Shown here piece by piece: positions 25,111 through 36,328 of a stretch of 64,000 bases of DNA. The notes beneath the pieces were generated by a model. That model saw nothing but the letters and a program-made list of their open reading frames with translations. It did not search any database and was not told the DNA's origin. Location of the stretch: positions 29,601-93,600 of the forward strand of contig NIVC01003519.1 in assembly GCA_002269645.1 (NCBI GenBank), in the 5' to 3' direction. How positions within the stretch are numbered: position 1 is the first letter of the stretch; every line of letters begins with the position of its first letter. The DNA is from Macrostomum lignano. Taxonomy: Eukaryota. Position numbers and translations under genes: made by a program.

Positions 25111-27079
25111 ATGCTTAAGAAGCAACTTCTAATTGCTTTGGCATTTCTGCTAGCTGGCATTGGTAAGTGTATTGGTGAGGACAGTAAAAGTAAGAGTTAT
25201 TAAAGGATTCAAAGATGGAAAAAGTGAATGACTGAATAGAAGAGAGTGAGAGAGAGAGTGAGAGTGGGGTAAAGGGGGAGAGGTGGAAGAGAGGAAGATT
25301 GGGAGAGAGGAGGGGAGAGAAAGACAGGGGGAGTGACAGAAAGTGGGAAACGGGGAGAGGGAAGAAGGAGAGATGGAGAGATGGGTCCAGGGAAGGAACA
25401 GGGAGCGATGGAGAGGGGAGAGAGAGGGAGAGTGGAAAGGGGATAAGGGAGGGAGAGAGGGAGAGTTGAGAGAGAGAGGAGAGGAAGAGAGGGAGAGTGG
25501 AGAGTGAAGAGGGGAGAAAGAGAGTGAAGAGTGGAGAGGGAAGAGGGGAGGGTGGGAGAGTGGAGAGGGAGAATCAAGGAAACAAGTGGGGTGTTGATTC
25601 AAAGACGCAGATGGACGAAAATAAGATTAGGCCAGTGTAGGCAAACCAGGAAATCAGTAGCTCTCCCCATCGCCAAGTGATGAAGTTCCGCCACCCACAA
25701 AAACCCAGCCGTGGACTCAGGCGCTGCCATCTTGTGCTACAGCCGGGACCAATCGACAGGCGTGGCCAATGGAACTGTAGACGACTGCCCGTCTGACTTG
25801 GCCTGCTATCTGTACACAAAAGATAAGGTAACTACGGGTAAAACTTTACACACTTTTTTGGGAAAGTGTATGCATAATGCCGCCAGGCCCAGATGTTCCA
25901 CACTTCCCTGAGTACTTGGTTTGAAACTAAATTCCCAATAGTATAAAAGTATAAAAATATTATCCACCAGATAAGCTACGCAGGATGCGGTCGCTGCACA
26001 GAAGAAAACACTGAAGATCACAACTGCGAGTCTTGCACATCTGACTACTGCAACGACTGGCCTTCGCTAATCGGCTGTTTCTATGCTAAAAGCGAAACTA
26101 AAAAGGAAAATTGGTTAAAAATATCCTGCAACAAGAAATTTTGCTACAGCTTTAACTACACTATCGGAGCCACGGTGAGAACTCGTTTCTGTAAAGCGAG
26201 ACTGCTGCAGATGCTTGCTTACAGAAATCTTAAATAGATAGATTCCACACCCCGCTGAGAGAAGTGTGAAACCAACACCCCCAATCTTCCACCCACACCC
26301 CACTGATAGCAGGTGTGAGACCAACCCCCCCCCCGATCTTCCACACCCTACTGATAGCAGGTGTGAGACCCCCCCGATCTTACACACCCCACTGATAGCA
26401 GGTGTGAGACCAACCAACCCCCCCGATCTTCCACACCCCACTGATAGCAGGTGTGAGACCAACCCCCCGATCTTCCACACCCCACTGATAGCAGGTGTGA
26501 GACCAACTCTCCCGATCTTCCACACCCCACTGATAGCAGGTGTGAGACCAACCCCCCCGATCTTCCACACCCCACTGATAGCAGGTGTGAGACCAACCCC
26601 CCGATCTTCCACACCCCACTGATAGCAGGTGTGAGACCAACCCCCCCCCCCGATCTTCCACACCCCACTGATAGCAGGTGTGAGACCAACCCCCCGATCT
26701 TCCACACCCCACTGATAGCAGGTGTGAGACCAACCCCCCCCCCGATCTTCCACACCCCACTGATAGCAGGTGTGAGACCAACCCCCCCCCCGATCTTTCA
26801 CACCCCACTGATAGCAGGTGTGAGACCAACCCCCCAATGCTTTACGAAGCGAAATAAATTGAAACTGTAGTGTAAGACAAAAGTGTCAAAGGAATTTTAT
26901 CCCCGAAATTGCAGTATTACGCTGCCGGTTGTGGTAACTGCTCTGGTTACGAGAAGTTCGATACCTGCAGAGTGTGCAGCACAGACTACTGCAACTCAGC
27001 TACTGCATTTTCAGCAGATAAATTACAATTTGTGGCCGGTGGCTTCATTATTCTGATCCTTCAGTCCTGGATAAATTGA
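25111..27079 (+). CDS. Two-domain Ly6/uPAR (three-finger)-like cysteine-rich surface protein, paralog 1 (~179 aa, probable GPI anchor)
   Basis: Exons 25111-25162, 25709-25827, 25971-26174, 26915-27079, phase consistent. Signal peptide MLKKQLLIALAFLLAGIA. Two 8-Cys domains ending CESCTSDYCN and CRVCSTDYCN. Small-residue site SATA followed by a hydrophobic tail FVAGGFIILILQSWIN. Confidence 0.82.
25200..25575. repeat. GA-rich low-complexity tract
   Basis: Intron 1 of Ly6-like paralog 1. Confidence 0.9.
26266..26835. repeat. ~41-44-bp minisatellite (CCGATCTTCCACACCCCACTGATAGCAGGTGTGAGACCAACCC)
   Basis: Intron 3 of paralog 1; homologous to 30300-31140. Confidence 0.95.
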
Positions 27080-27532
27080 CTCCTGGCAGATGCCGAGTAA
27101 GAGAGAAAAACGTACTCAAACTTGAAGAAACACGAGTCTCTTTTAAAGACAGAAATACCAATAAAGTGGTGTTTCTTTAATTTTTAAGCTCAAGTGTTGG
27201 TATCCAGATTTTAACTGCTATATAGGCTTTAGAAAACCCTTTTATCAGGGTTCTAATAACTAACTTCGATATACTTCATTTCTTCTGTTGTTAATGAGCG
27301 TTCGTCAGTAGCTTGCAAAAATTATTTGCGGAATAACTTAATTTGCCAGTTATTTGGAAAGCCACAAATAAATTACCAAATTAGCAGAGATTTTTTTTCA
27401 AACTATGTTGAAAATAGCGTAAAACCTAAATGAACACTCGCTTCTTCTATACAGCTTTCTTGGTGTCAAAACTCAGCGGTGTAAAAGTTATTTTGCCAAA
27501 TCAGTAGCTCTGTCAGTACTTGATAGGTGATC

Positions 27533-28172
27533 GTCTCTCTGACTCAGGGATCAACTCTGACTCAGGGATCATCTCTCTGACTCAGGGATCAACTCTGACT
27601 CAGGGATCAACTCTGACTCAGGGATCAACTCTGACTCAGGGATCAACTCTGACTCAGGGATCAACTCTGACTCAGGGATCAACTCTGACTCAGGGATCAA
27701 CTCTGACTCAGGGATTAACTCTGACTCAGGGATCAACTCTGACTCAGGGATCAACTCTGACTCAGGGATCAACTCTGACTCAGGGATTAACTCTGACTCA
27801 GGGATCAACTCTGACTCAGGGATCAACTCTGACTCAGGGATTAACTCTGACTCAGGGATCAACTCTGACTCAGGGATTAACTCTGACTCAGGGATTAACT
27901 CTGACTCAGGGATTAACTCTGACTCAGGGATCAACTCTGACTCAGGGATTAACTCTGACTCAGGGATTAACTCTGACTCAGGGATTAACTCTGACTCAGG
28001 GATCAACTCTGACTCAGGGATCAACTCTGACTCAGGGATTAACTCTGACTCAGGGATCAACTCTGACTCAGGGATTAACTCTGACTCAGGGATCAACTCT
28101 GACTCAGGGATCAACTCTGACTCAGGGATCAACTCTGACTCAGGGATCAACTCTGACTCAGGGATTAACTGA
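27533..28172. repeat. 18-bp satellite (CTCTGACTCAGGGAT[C/T]AA), ~35 units, each with TGACTCA
   Basis: Direct inspection; immediately followed by (TCTA)n at ~28180-28280. Confidence 0.97.
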
Positions 28173-28179
28173 GGGATTA

Positions 28180-28280
<101 letters not shown>

Positions 28281-28734
28281 GAGGGAGCAATGAAAACTAT
28301 ATGAAGCATTATTCCTTCCATTTGCATTAGCGAACTTCCATTTGCTCTTTTCAAAAAAATTTAGTTTGTGTTTTTTGTTCGAGCCAAGAAACTACTCTGC
28401 GTTTAGAATAGCCAGCATCATGCTGTGTACTGTACTCTGATGAGGCTGCCTCTTTAGTGTAGTCACTGGGTCTCAGCCTCTCCATTCATGCAGTGAAGCC
28501 TCACTATCCACTGCAGCTCATTTTCAGTTTAGACTGAATTCATTTCTTCGGCTAAGATGACCCAGCCAGGTTTTCTAGCCCGAGACACAAAAATGAAACT
28601 CAAAGAAATAATAAAAATAGGTGCCCAGGTTGTGTATTTAAACCCGAAGTCGTTTGTAAGGCTTTCTTATTGTATATTTTTAATAAACAGTTCAACGACA
28701 CGAAAACAGGTTTTCTGTGACATCACGCAGACAA

Positions 28735-29523
28735 ATGTCACGGACAAAACTTCTAATCCGTTTGGCAACACTGTTTGCTGCTTTTGGTAAGACATTTGTA
28801 TGTTTACATTATTTTATTGAGGGAGAGATGGGAGAGATAGTGAGGGAGAGAAGGAGAGAGGGAGAGAGATAGGGAGAGAGGGAGAGAGGCATAGAGAGAG
28901 GGAGAGAGAGGGAGAGGGAGAGAGGGAGAGAGATAGGGAGAGAGGGAGAGAGGGAGAGAGAGAGAGGAAGAGAGAGAGGGATAGAGAGAGAGTGAGAGGG
29001 AGAGAGAGACAGGGGGGAGAGAGGAAGAGGGAGAGAGGGAGAGAGGAAGAGGGAGAGAGATAGGGAGAGAGGGAGAGAGGCATGAGAGAGGGAGAGAGGA
29101 AGAGAGAGAGAGGAAGAGGGAGAGAGGGAGAGAGGAAGAGGGAAGAGATAGGGAGAGAGGGAGAGAGGCATGAGAGAGGGAGAGAGGAAGAGAGAGAGGA
29201 AGAGGGAGAGAGGGAGAGAGGAAGAGGGAAGAGATAGGGAGAGAGGGAGAGAGGCATGAGAGAGGGAGAGAGGAAGAGAGAGAGAGAGGAAGAGGGAGAG
29301 AGGGAGAGAGGAAGAGGGAAGAGATAGGGAGAGAGGGAGAGAGGCATGAGAGAGGGAGAGAGGAAGAGAGAGAGAGGAAGAGGGAGAGAGGGACAGAGGA
29401 AGAGGGAGAGAGATAGGGAGAGAGGGAGAGAGGCAGAAAGGAAGAGGGAGGGAGAGAGAGGGAGAGAGGAAGAGGGAGAGAGGGAGAGAGGGAGAGAGGG
29501 AGAGGGAGAGAGAGAGGGAGAGA

Positions 29524-29574
<51 letters not shown>

Positions 29575-31423
29575 GCATGAGAGAAGGATGAGAGAGGGAG
29601 AGAGGGAGAGAGGAAGAGAGGGAGAGAGAGAGGGAGAGTGGGGGAGAGAGATTATGCAGGGAGAGAAGAGAGGCAGAGGCGATAGGCGAAGTCAGACAAG
29701 TTCATCCCGCAGCCAACAGCCAGCCTCATAGAATCCCTGTCACCTGTTCCCCCAGCCGTGGATTTCAGCGGTGCGATTTCTTGCTACAGCCGGGACAAGT
29801 CAACAGGCAGAGCAAATGGAACCGTATCCAACTGCACGTCTGATTCAGCCTGCTATCGCTACACTGCTGACGAGGTGTGTAAATTTGTGCTTGTAGTCAT
29901 TGGCGTCACGGATAGTGGCATTGGTGTCTAGGTGTTTAAGATGAACTAGGACGCAGCTGGGTTTACTAAAAAAAGTTTTTCATAAGTCAATCTCGAATTC
30001 ACCACCAAGGTAAGCTACGCAGGATGCGGCACCTGCTCAGCTGCTGACACCAGAGATTACAGCTGCGAGTCTTGCACAGCTGACTACTGCAACACTTGGC
30101 CACCGTTGACTGGCTGTCTGTATGCCAAAGGCGAGTACAGGAAGGAAAAATGGGTGAAAGTATCCTGTTCCCAAGCCAGCTGCTATCACTTCAGCTATGG
30201 ATACGGTCCTACTATTGTGAGATCTTTGACACTGTTATTCTAACGAAACTTAACAACAATCTAACTGAGGTGTAGCATTTGAAAATATTGAATACCCAAC
30301 GGGAGCAGGTACAAAACCAACCCTCCAATCATCCACACGCCACTGAGAGCAGGTGCGAAACCAACCCCCAATCTTCCACACCCCACTGATAGCAGGTGTG
30401 AAACCAACCCCCAATCTTCCACACCCCACTGATAGCAGGTGTGAAACCAACCCCCAATCTTCCACACCCCACTGATAGCAGGTGTGAAACCAACCCCCAA
30501 TCTTCCACACTCCACTGATAGCAGGTGCGAAACCAACCCCCAATATTCCACACCCCACTGATAGCAGGTGTGAAACCAACCCCCAATCTTCCACACCCCA
30601 CTGATAGCAGGTGTGAAACCAACCCTCCAATCTTCCACACGCCACTGAGAGCAGGTGCGAAACCAACCCCCCAATCTTCCACACCACACTGAGAGCAGGT
30701 TTGAAACCAACCCCCAATCTTCCACACCACACTGATAGCAGGTGTGAAACCAACCCCCAATCTTCCACACTCCACTGATAGCAGGTGCGAAACCAACCCC
30801 CAATCTTCCACACCCCACTGATAGCAGGTGTGAAACCAACCCCCAATCTTCCACACCCCACTGATAGCAGGTGTGAAACCAACCCTCCAATCTTCCACAC
30901 GCCACTGAGAGCAGGTGTGAAACCAACCCCCAATCTTCCACACCCCACTGATAGCAGGTGTGAAACCAACCCCCAATCTTCCACACCCCACTGATAGCAG
31001 GTGTGAAACCAACCCCCAATCTTCCACACCCCACTGATAGCAGGTGTGAAACGAACCCCCAATCTTCCACACCCCACTGAGAGCAGGTGCGAAACCAACC
31101 CACTATCTCCTACACCCCAGTGATATCAGCTGTGAAACCAACTCTCCATCAGTTACATTTAAGTACTTTAAGCTTTAACTTATCAAGTATAAACTCTAAC
31201 TAATCATGAACGAATAGTCAATAAAATTAATAAATGAAAACTTCAGTTTTTTTTTGCTGGCTGCGGTGACTGCGCAGATTACGGGAATTTCGACAATTGC
31301 AAGACTTGCGCAACCGACTATTGCAATTCAGCAAAGGTTCTGACTGCAGTGCAAACGAATTTGATGCTGACTGCAGCTGGAGGCCTTCTCGTGATGGTCA
31401 TGCAGCTCTGGGGTCATGGATAA
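28735..31423 (+). CDS. Two-domain Ly6/uPAR-like cysteine-rich surface protein, paralog 2 (~184 aa, probable GPI anchor)
   Basis: Exons 28735-28786, 29756-29874, 30010-30216, 31247-31423, with the same intron positions and phases as paralog 1. Sequence MSRTKLLIRLATLFAAFAVDFSGAISCYSRDKSTG...CESCTADYCN...CKTCATDYCN...LLVMVMQLWGHG. The exon 3 acceptor is AAG. Confidence 0.82.
28815..29650. repeat. GA-rich low-complexity tract
   Basis: Intron 1 of Ly6-like paralog 2. Confidence 0.9.
30300..31140. repeat. ~41-42-bp minisatellite (CCAATCTTCCACACCCCACTGATAGCAGGTGTGAAACCAACCC)
   Basis: Intron 3 of paralog 2; same family as 26266-26835 with array-specific variants. Confidence 0.95.
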
Positions 31424-31744
31424 CAGTTCCAATTTATCAGTAGCTAAAACTGATTGACTAACACTACAATGAGTTCTCTAAACTGACTCTGTTTATTTCA
31501 ACATTGACAAGTTTTTATGGGCTTTATACATTTCTTTATGGAAATTTAACAACCTGCGTGAAATAATATTACCGATTTCATCAATGTTTTCGATATATTC
31601 AAGTAAATTAAATCTTTTTTATTGTTAGATGCATATTGTTGTTTTAATGAAACGATTTGCACAAAAGTTTCTCGTGTTGAAACCTTTTATTACGCCCGTA
31701 TCCTAACTCTTTTGAAAACTCAGATTTTGTTCGCTCCTCTGGCT

Positions 31745-33630
31745 CAATGATGACCTCTCTGACTCAGTGATCATCTCTCTGACTCAGTGATCATCTCTCT
31801 GACTCAGTGATTATCTCTCTGACTCAGTGATCATATATCTGACTCAGTGATCATCTCTCTGACTCAGTGATTATCTCTCTGACTCAGTGATCATAATATC
31901 TGACTCAGTGATCATCTCTCTGACTCAATTATTATCTCTCTGACTCAGTGATCATAATATCTGACTCAGTGATCATCTCTCTAACTCAGTGATTATCTCT
32001 CTGACTCAGTGATCATCTCTCTGACTCAGTGATCATAATATCTGACTCAGTGATCATCTCTCTGACCCAGTGATCATATATCTGACTCAGTGATTATCTC
32101 TCTGAATCAGTGATCATATATCTGACTCAGTGATCATATATCTGACTCAGTGATCATATATCTAACTCAGTGATTATCTCTCAGACTCAGTGATTATCTC
32201 TCTGACTCAGTGATCATATATCTGACTCAGTGATTATCTCTCTGACTCAGTGATCATCTCTCTAACTCAGTGATCATCTCTCTAACTCAGTGATTATCTC
32301 TCTAACTCAGTGATCATCTCTCTAACTCAGTGATTATCTCTCTAACTCAGTGATCATATATCTGACTCAGTGATTATCTCTCTGACTCAGTGATTATCTC
32401 TCTGACTCAGTGATCATCTCTCTAACTCAGTGATCATCTCTCTAACTCAGTGATTATCTCTCTAACTCAGTGATCATCTCTCTAACTCAGTGATTATCCC
32501 TCTAACTCAGTGATCATCTCTCTAACTCAGTGATTATCTCTCTGAATCAGTGATCATATATCTGACTCAGTGATCATATATCTGACTCAGTGATTATCTC
32601 TCTGACTCAGTGATCATCTCTCTAACTCAGTGATTATCTCTCTGAATCAGTGATCATATATCTGACTCAGTGATCATATATCTGACTCAGTGATTATCTC
32701 TCTGACTCAGTTATCATATATCTGACTCAGTGATTATCTCTCTGACTCAGTGATCATATATCTGACTCAGTGATTATCTCTCTGAATCAGTGATCATATA
32801 TCTGACTCAGTGATTATCTCTCTGACTCAGTTATCATATATCTGACTCAGTGATTATCTCTCTGACTCAGTGATCATATATCTGACTCAGTGATTATCTC
32901 TCTGACCCAGTAATCATATATCTGACTCAGTGATTATCTCTCTGACTCAGTGATCATATATCTGACTCAGTGATTATCTCTCTGACTCAGTGATTATCTC
33001 TCTGACTCAGTGATCATACATCTGATTCAGTGATCATCTCTCTGTTCATCTCTCTGACTCACTGTTCATCATCTCTCTGACTTAGTGATCACCTCTCTGA
33101 CTCACTGTTCATCATCTCTCTGACTTAGTGATCACCTCTCTGACTCACTGTTCATTATCTCTCTGACTTAGTGATCACCTCTCTGACTCACTGTTCATTA
33201 TCTCTCTGACTCACTGTTCATCATCTCTTTGACTTAGTGATCACCTCTCTGACTCACTGTTCATCATCTCTCTGACTTAGTGATCACCTCTCTGACTCAC
33301 TGTTCATAATCTCTCTGACTTAGTGATCACCTCTCTGACTCACTGTTCATTATCTCTCTGACTCACTGTTCATCATCTCTTTGACTTAGTGATCACCTCT
33401 CTGACTCACTGTTCATCATCTCTCTGACTTAGTGATCACCTCTCTGACTCACTGTTCATCATCTCTCTGACTTAGTGATCACCTCTCTGACTCACTGTTC
33501 ATCATCTCTCTGACTTAGTGATCACCTCTCTGACTCACTGTTCATCATCTCTCTGACTTAGTGATCACCTCTCTGACTCACTGTTCATCATCTCTCTGAC
33601 TTAGTGATCACCTCTCTGACTCAGTGATAC
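31745..33630. repeat. 20-bp satellite (TCTGACTCAGTGATCATCTC) changing to a 43-bp dimer (23+20) after ~33050
   Basis: Direct inspection; shares the CTGACTCAG.GATCA core with the 18-bp array at 27533. Confidence 0.96.
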
Positions 33631-34047
33631 TATTTTTAACTTGGCGATAATCTCTTTATGTCGAGGAAGAGGATTTCTGAGTCCGAGTCTATGCATCATA
33701 AAAATCGTTTTTGATTGTAGTTTGCAGATAGCAAACAAAATACAATTAGAATTGCGCTTTCCTGAGTATCATATCGGCTAGCTGGATCCCATCAACCGGT
33801 ATTGCATATAAGTTGATATTTATCGATTTGGAATTTTGCTGTTTACATTCTCATCTGGTAGATACTCGTGTGAAGCATTCCCTACTGCAGATGCTGAAAA
33901 CTGTTTGCACTGCAGTTGAGGCACCAATCAGGGCTCTTGGAGACAATTAGCTATTAAACATTGTATAGCCTTTATCTGCTGAAGGTGACTATTTAATACT
34001 TGTCGATTTCAAAGACCTCTTCTGCAGCCATCTTTCGGGAAACGAAA

Positions 34048-35481
34048 ATGGCATTCTTTTGGAACTCTGAAATGAAATTGCACCTTATCCTAATTTGGTT
34101 ACTTCTCTCCGGGGCCTGCAGTCGTCAGCTCAATTATTATTTAATAGGCTGCTATGTTGACGACAATGGAGGCGTCAGAGATCTGTCCGGTTTTGTTGGG
34201 ATCAACAGCTGGAGCAGCTACGAGGTAGTGGCCGAACATGCTCAGGTGTACAGCGTGTCGATGACTCGACGATACTGCCGTCAGGTGTGCGGTCTTGGCG
34301 GATTCGCCTACATGGGACTGCAGAACGCGTACTCCTGCTACTGCGGCAACAAGTACGGCTCGCAGGGAGCTGTCGCATTAGCAGATTGCGGCAAACCGTG
34401 CCCTGGAAATGGTAGCGAGACCTGCGGAGACATGGACAGGAACCTGGTCTTCGGATTGAATTACCTGGGTGAGAATAACGGGAACAGACACGAAATCGGG
34501 TCAATGATTGAAATTAATGTAGGATTGACATTCGAAGCTCTCCTAGTCGTTTGTGTTTAATTTAAACAAAATTGCAACCCAATTCAATTAGGCCATGGAA
34601 CTTAAAATTGTTAGGTTATGCCATAGACAAAAAACAGGATCGCTTACCCAACTGATACGTGCTCAATAAATATACCTTTTCAACCTTGAATGTGGCCTCA
34701 GGTAATTTCAAACGTGACCAATAACGTCTATGGATATAATCTCTGTGAATACGTAAACACATAGACGCCTATTTTTTAGCTCGTTGAATGTTAACAGTCG
34801 TAAAGGTCAAATTCGAAGTGTCGCCTTCGAGGTTGAAAAGGTATACCGGTAGTAGATTGAATAATAAATAAAAATTGATTACACCTGCCCTAATTGGGCC
34901 AGATGTGCAACCGACAGCTCAGCCGCAGCGATTGCGCGACGCATCTGAAGGCTGCGTACGGCTGTTCAGTCCAAGGACTGGGGGGTCGCCACACACAGCC
35001 TCAATTACCCCAGCTTATGCTGGCACCCATTTTACAGCTGGGTGAATGGAAACAATGCAGAGCCAAGTGTATTGCTCAAGGACACAAATTGTTCTCGTGG
35101 GCTCGGGAATCGAACCCCCGACCTTCAAGTCCTGAGGCCGACGCTCTAACCACTTGGCTACAACCCCTTAATTAGCTTGAGGAACTTTTGAATCTACTTT
35201 TGTTTACAAAATTTGCTGTGTGCACAATTTCAGAAAACAACCAATTTATATCGAAACCAACAAGACCGACAGTCACTGCCAGTGCTGCCTACGGAGAACT
35301 CGCTTATCCCCAAATCGTGGCCACCAGTGCTATCGATTGCATCAGCAGCTGCCAGACATTCGGGAAAGACTGCCAGGCCGTGATCTACATTCTGCCGAAT
35401 CAGCTGTGCCACTTGCTGAAGTTTGCGCTGGTTCCGGAGGCTCTTGTTGGAGTGACTGGCCAGTTTTACGTCCGAGTCTGA
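34048..35481 (+). CDS. Secreted WSC-domain + PAN/apple-like protein (~214-222 aa)
   Basis: Exons 34048(or 34072)-34468 and 35234-35481, phase 1. Signal peptide [20 protein letters not shown] pattern YLIGCY...[10 protein letters not shown]...[13 protein letters not shown]...[15 protein letters not shown]-terminal SAIDCISSC...CQAVIY...LCHL is PAN-like. Confidence 0.85.
34884..35163 (-). mobile_element. tRNA-derived SINE, family A, copy 1
   Basis: Minus strand begins GTAGCCAAGTGGTTAGAGCG (A box) ... GGTTCGATTCCC (B box), then a GTGTCCTTGAGCAATACACTT...CACCCAGCTGTAAAATGGGTGCC central domain. Alignable over ~280 bp with 37585-37865. Confidence 0.85.
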
Positions 35482-35565
35482 TTGCCTTGAGATTCTGAGG
35501 TTTTGCTTATTTGAACTTGGCTCAACATTGAGCATCAAAGAGAAGAAAAATATTGGTACATAGAA

Positions 35566-35920
<355 letters not shown>

Positions 35921-36328
35921 ACAAAGCGCAATAAATCGATCTATTTCTGCTTCAAAAGCAGCGACAGCTACTGGTTATTTATCCATGTTGGTAAATTTTT
36001 ACAACGAAAAGCAGCATGCACCGACGAACACAGCAGCCGCTGTAACCAGTGCGACTATCACACCACAGAAGATGAAATTTCAATATTCGTATAGTATGCG
36101 AAAAGCAAGATGATCGAGGTCTATATTAATCTAACTACTGTTACAAGACTACAGACTGAACTATAACTACTCTATCGATATTTTGCTAACAGCTGTTTGT
36201 TAGGTTGTCAGTTTGCTACAAAAAAATCTACTTCGAAGTGACATGCAGCTCGCCAGACGCTGTAGCATGGGAGACGATTTCATAGAAATTCAGTATGAAT
36301 TTTCCCACAGTACTGAACTTTGAGCATC

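Noticed and set aside
31247-31255. T9 run at the start of Ly6-like 2 exon 4 as a possible frameshift
   Set aside because: Nine Ts keep the frame (FFFAGCG aligns to YYAAGCG of paralog 1).
35090-35163. Possible tRNA gene (A and B boxes; also at 38580-38625 and 61833-61910)
   Set aside because: No complete cloverleaf or acceptor stem, and the boxes continue into repeated SINE bodies.
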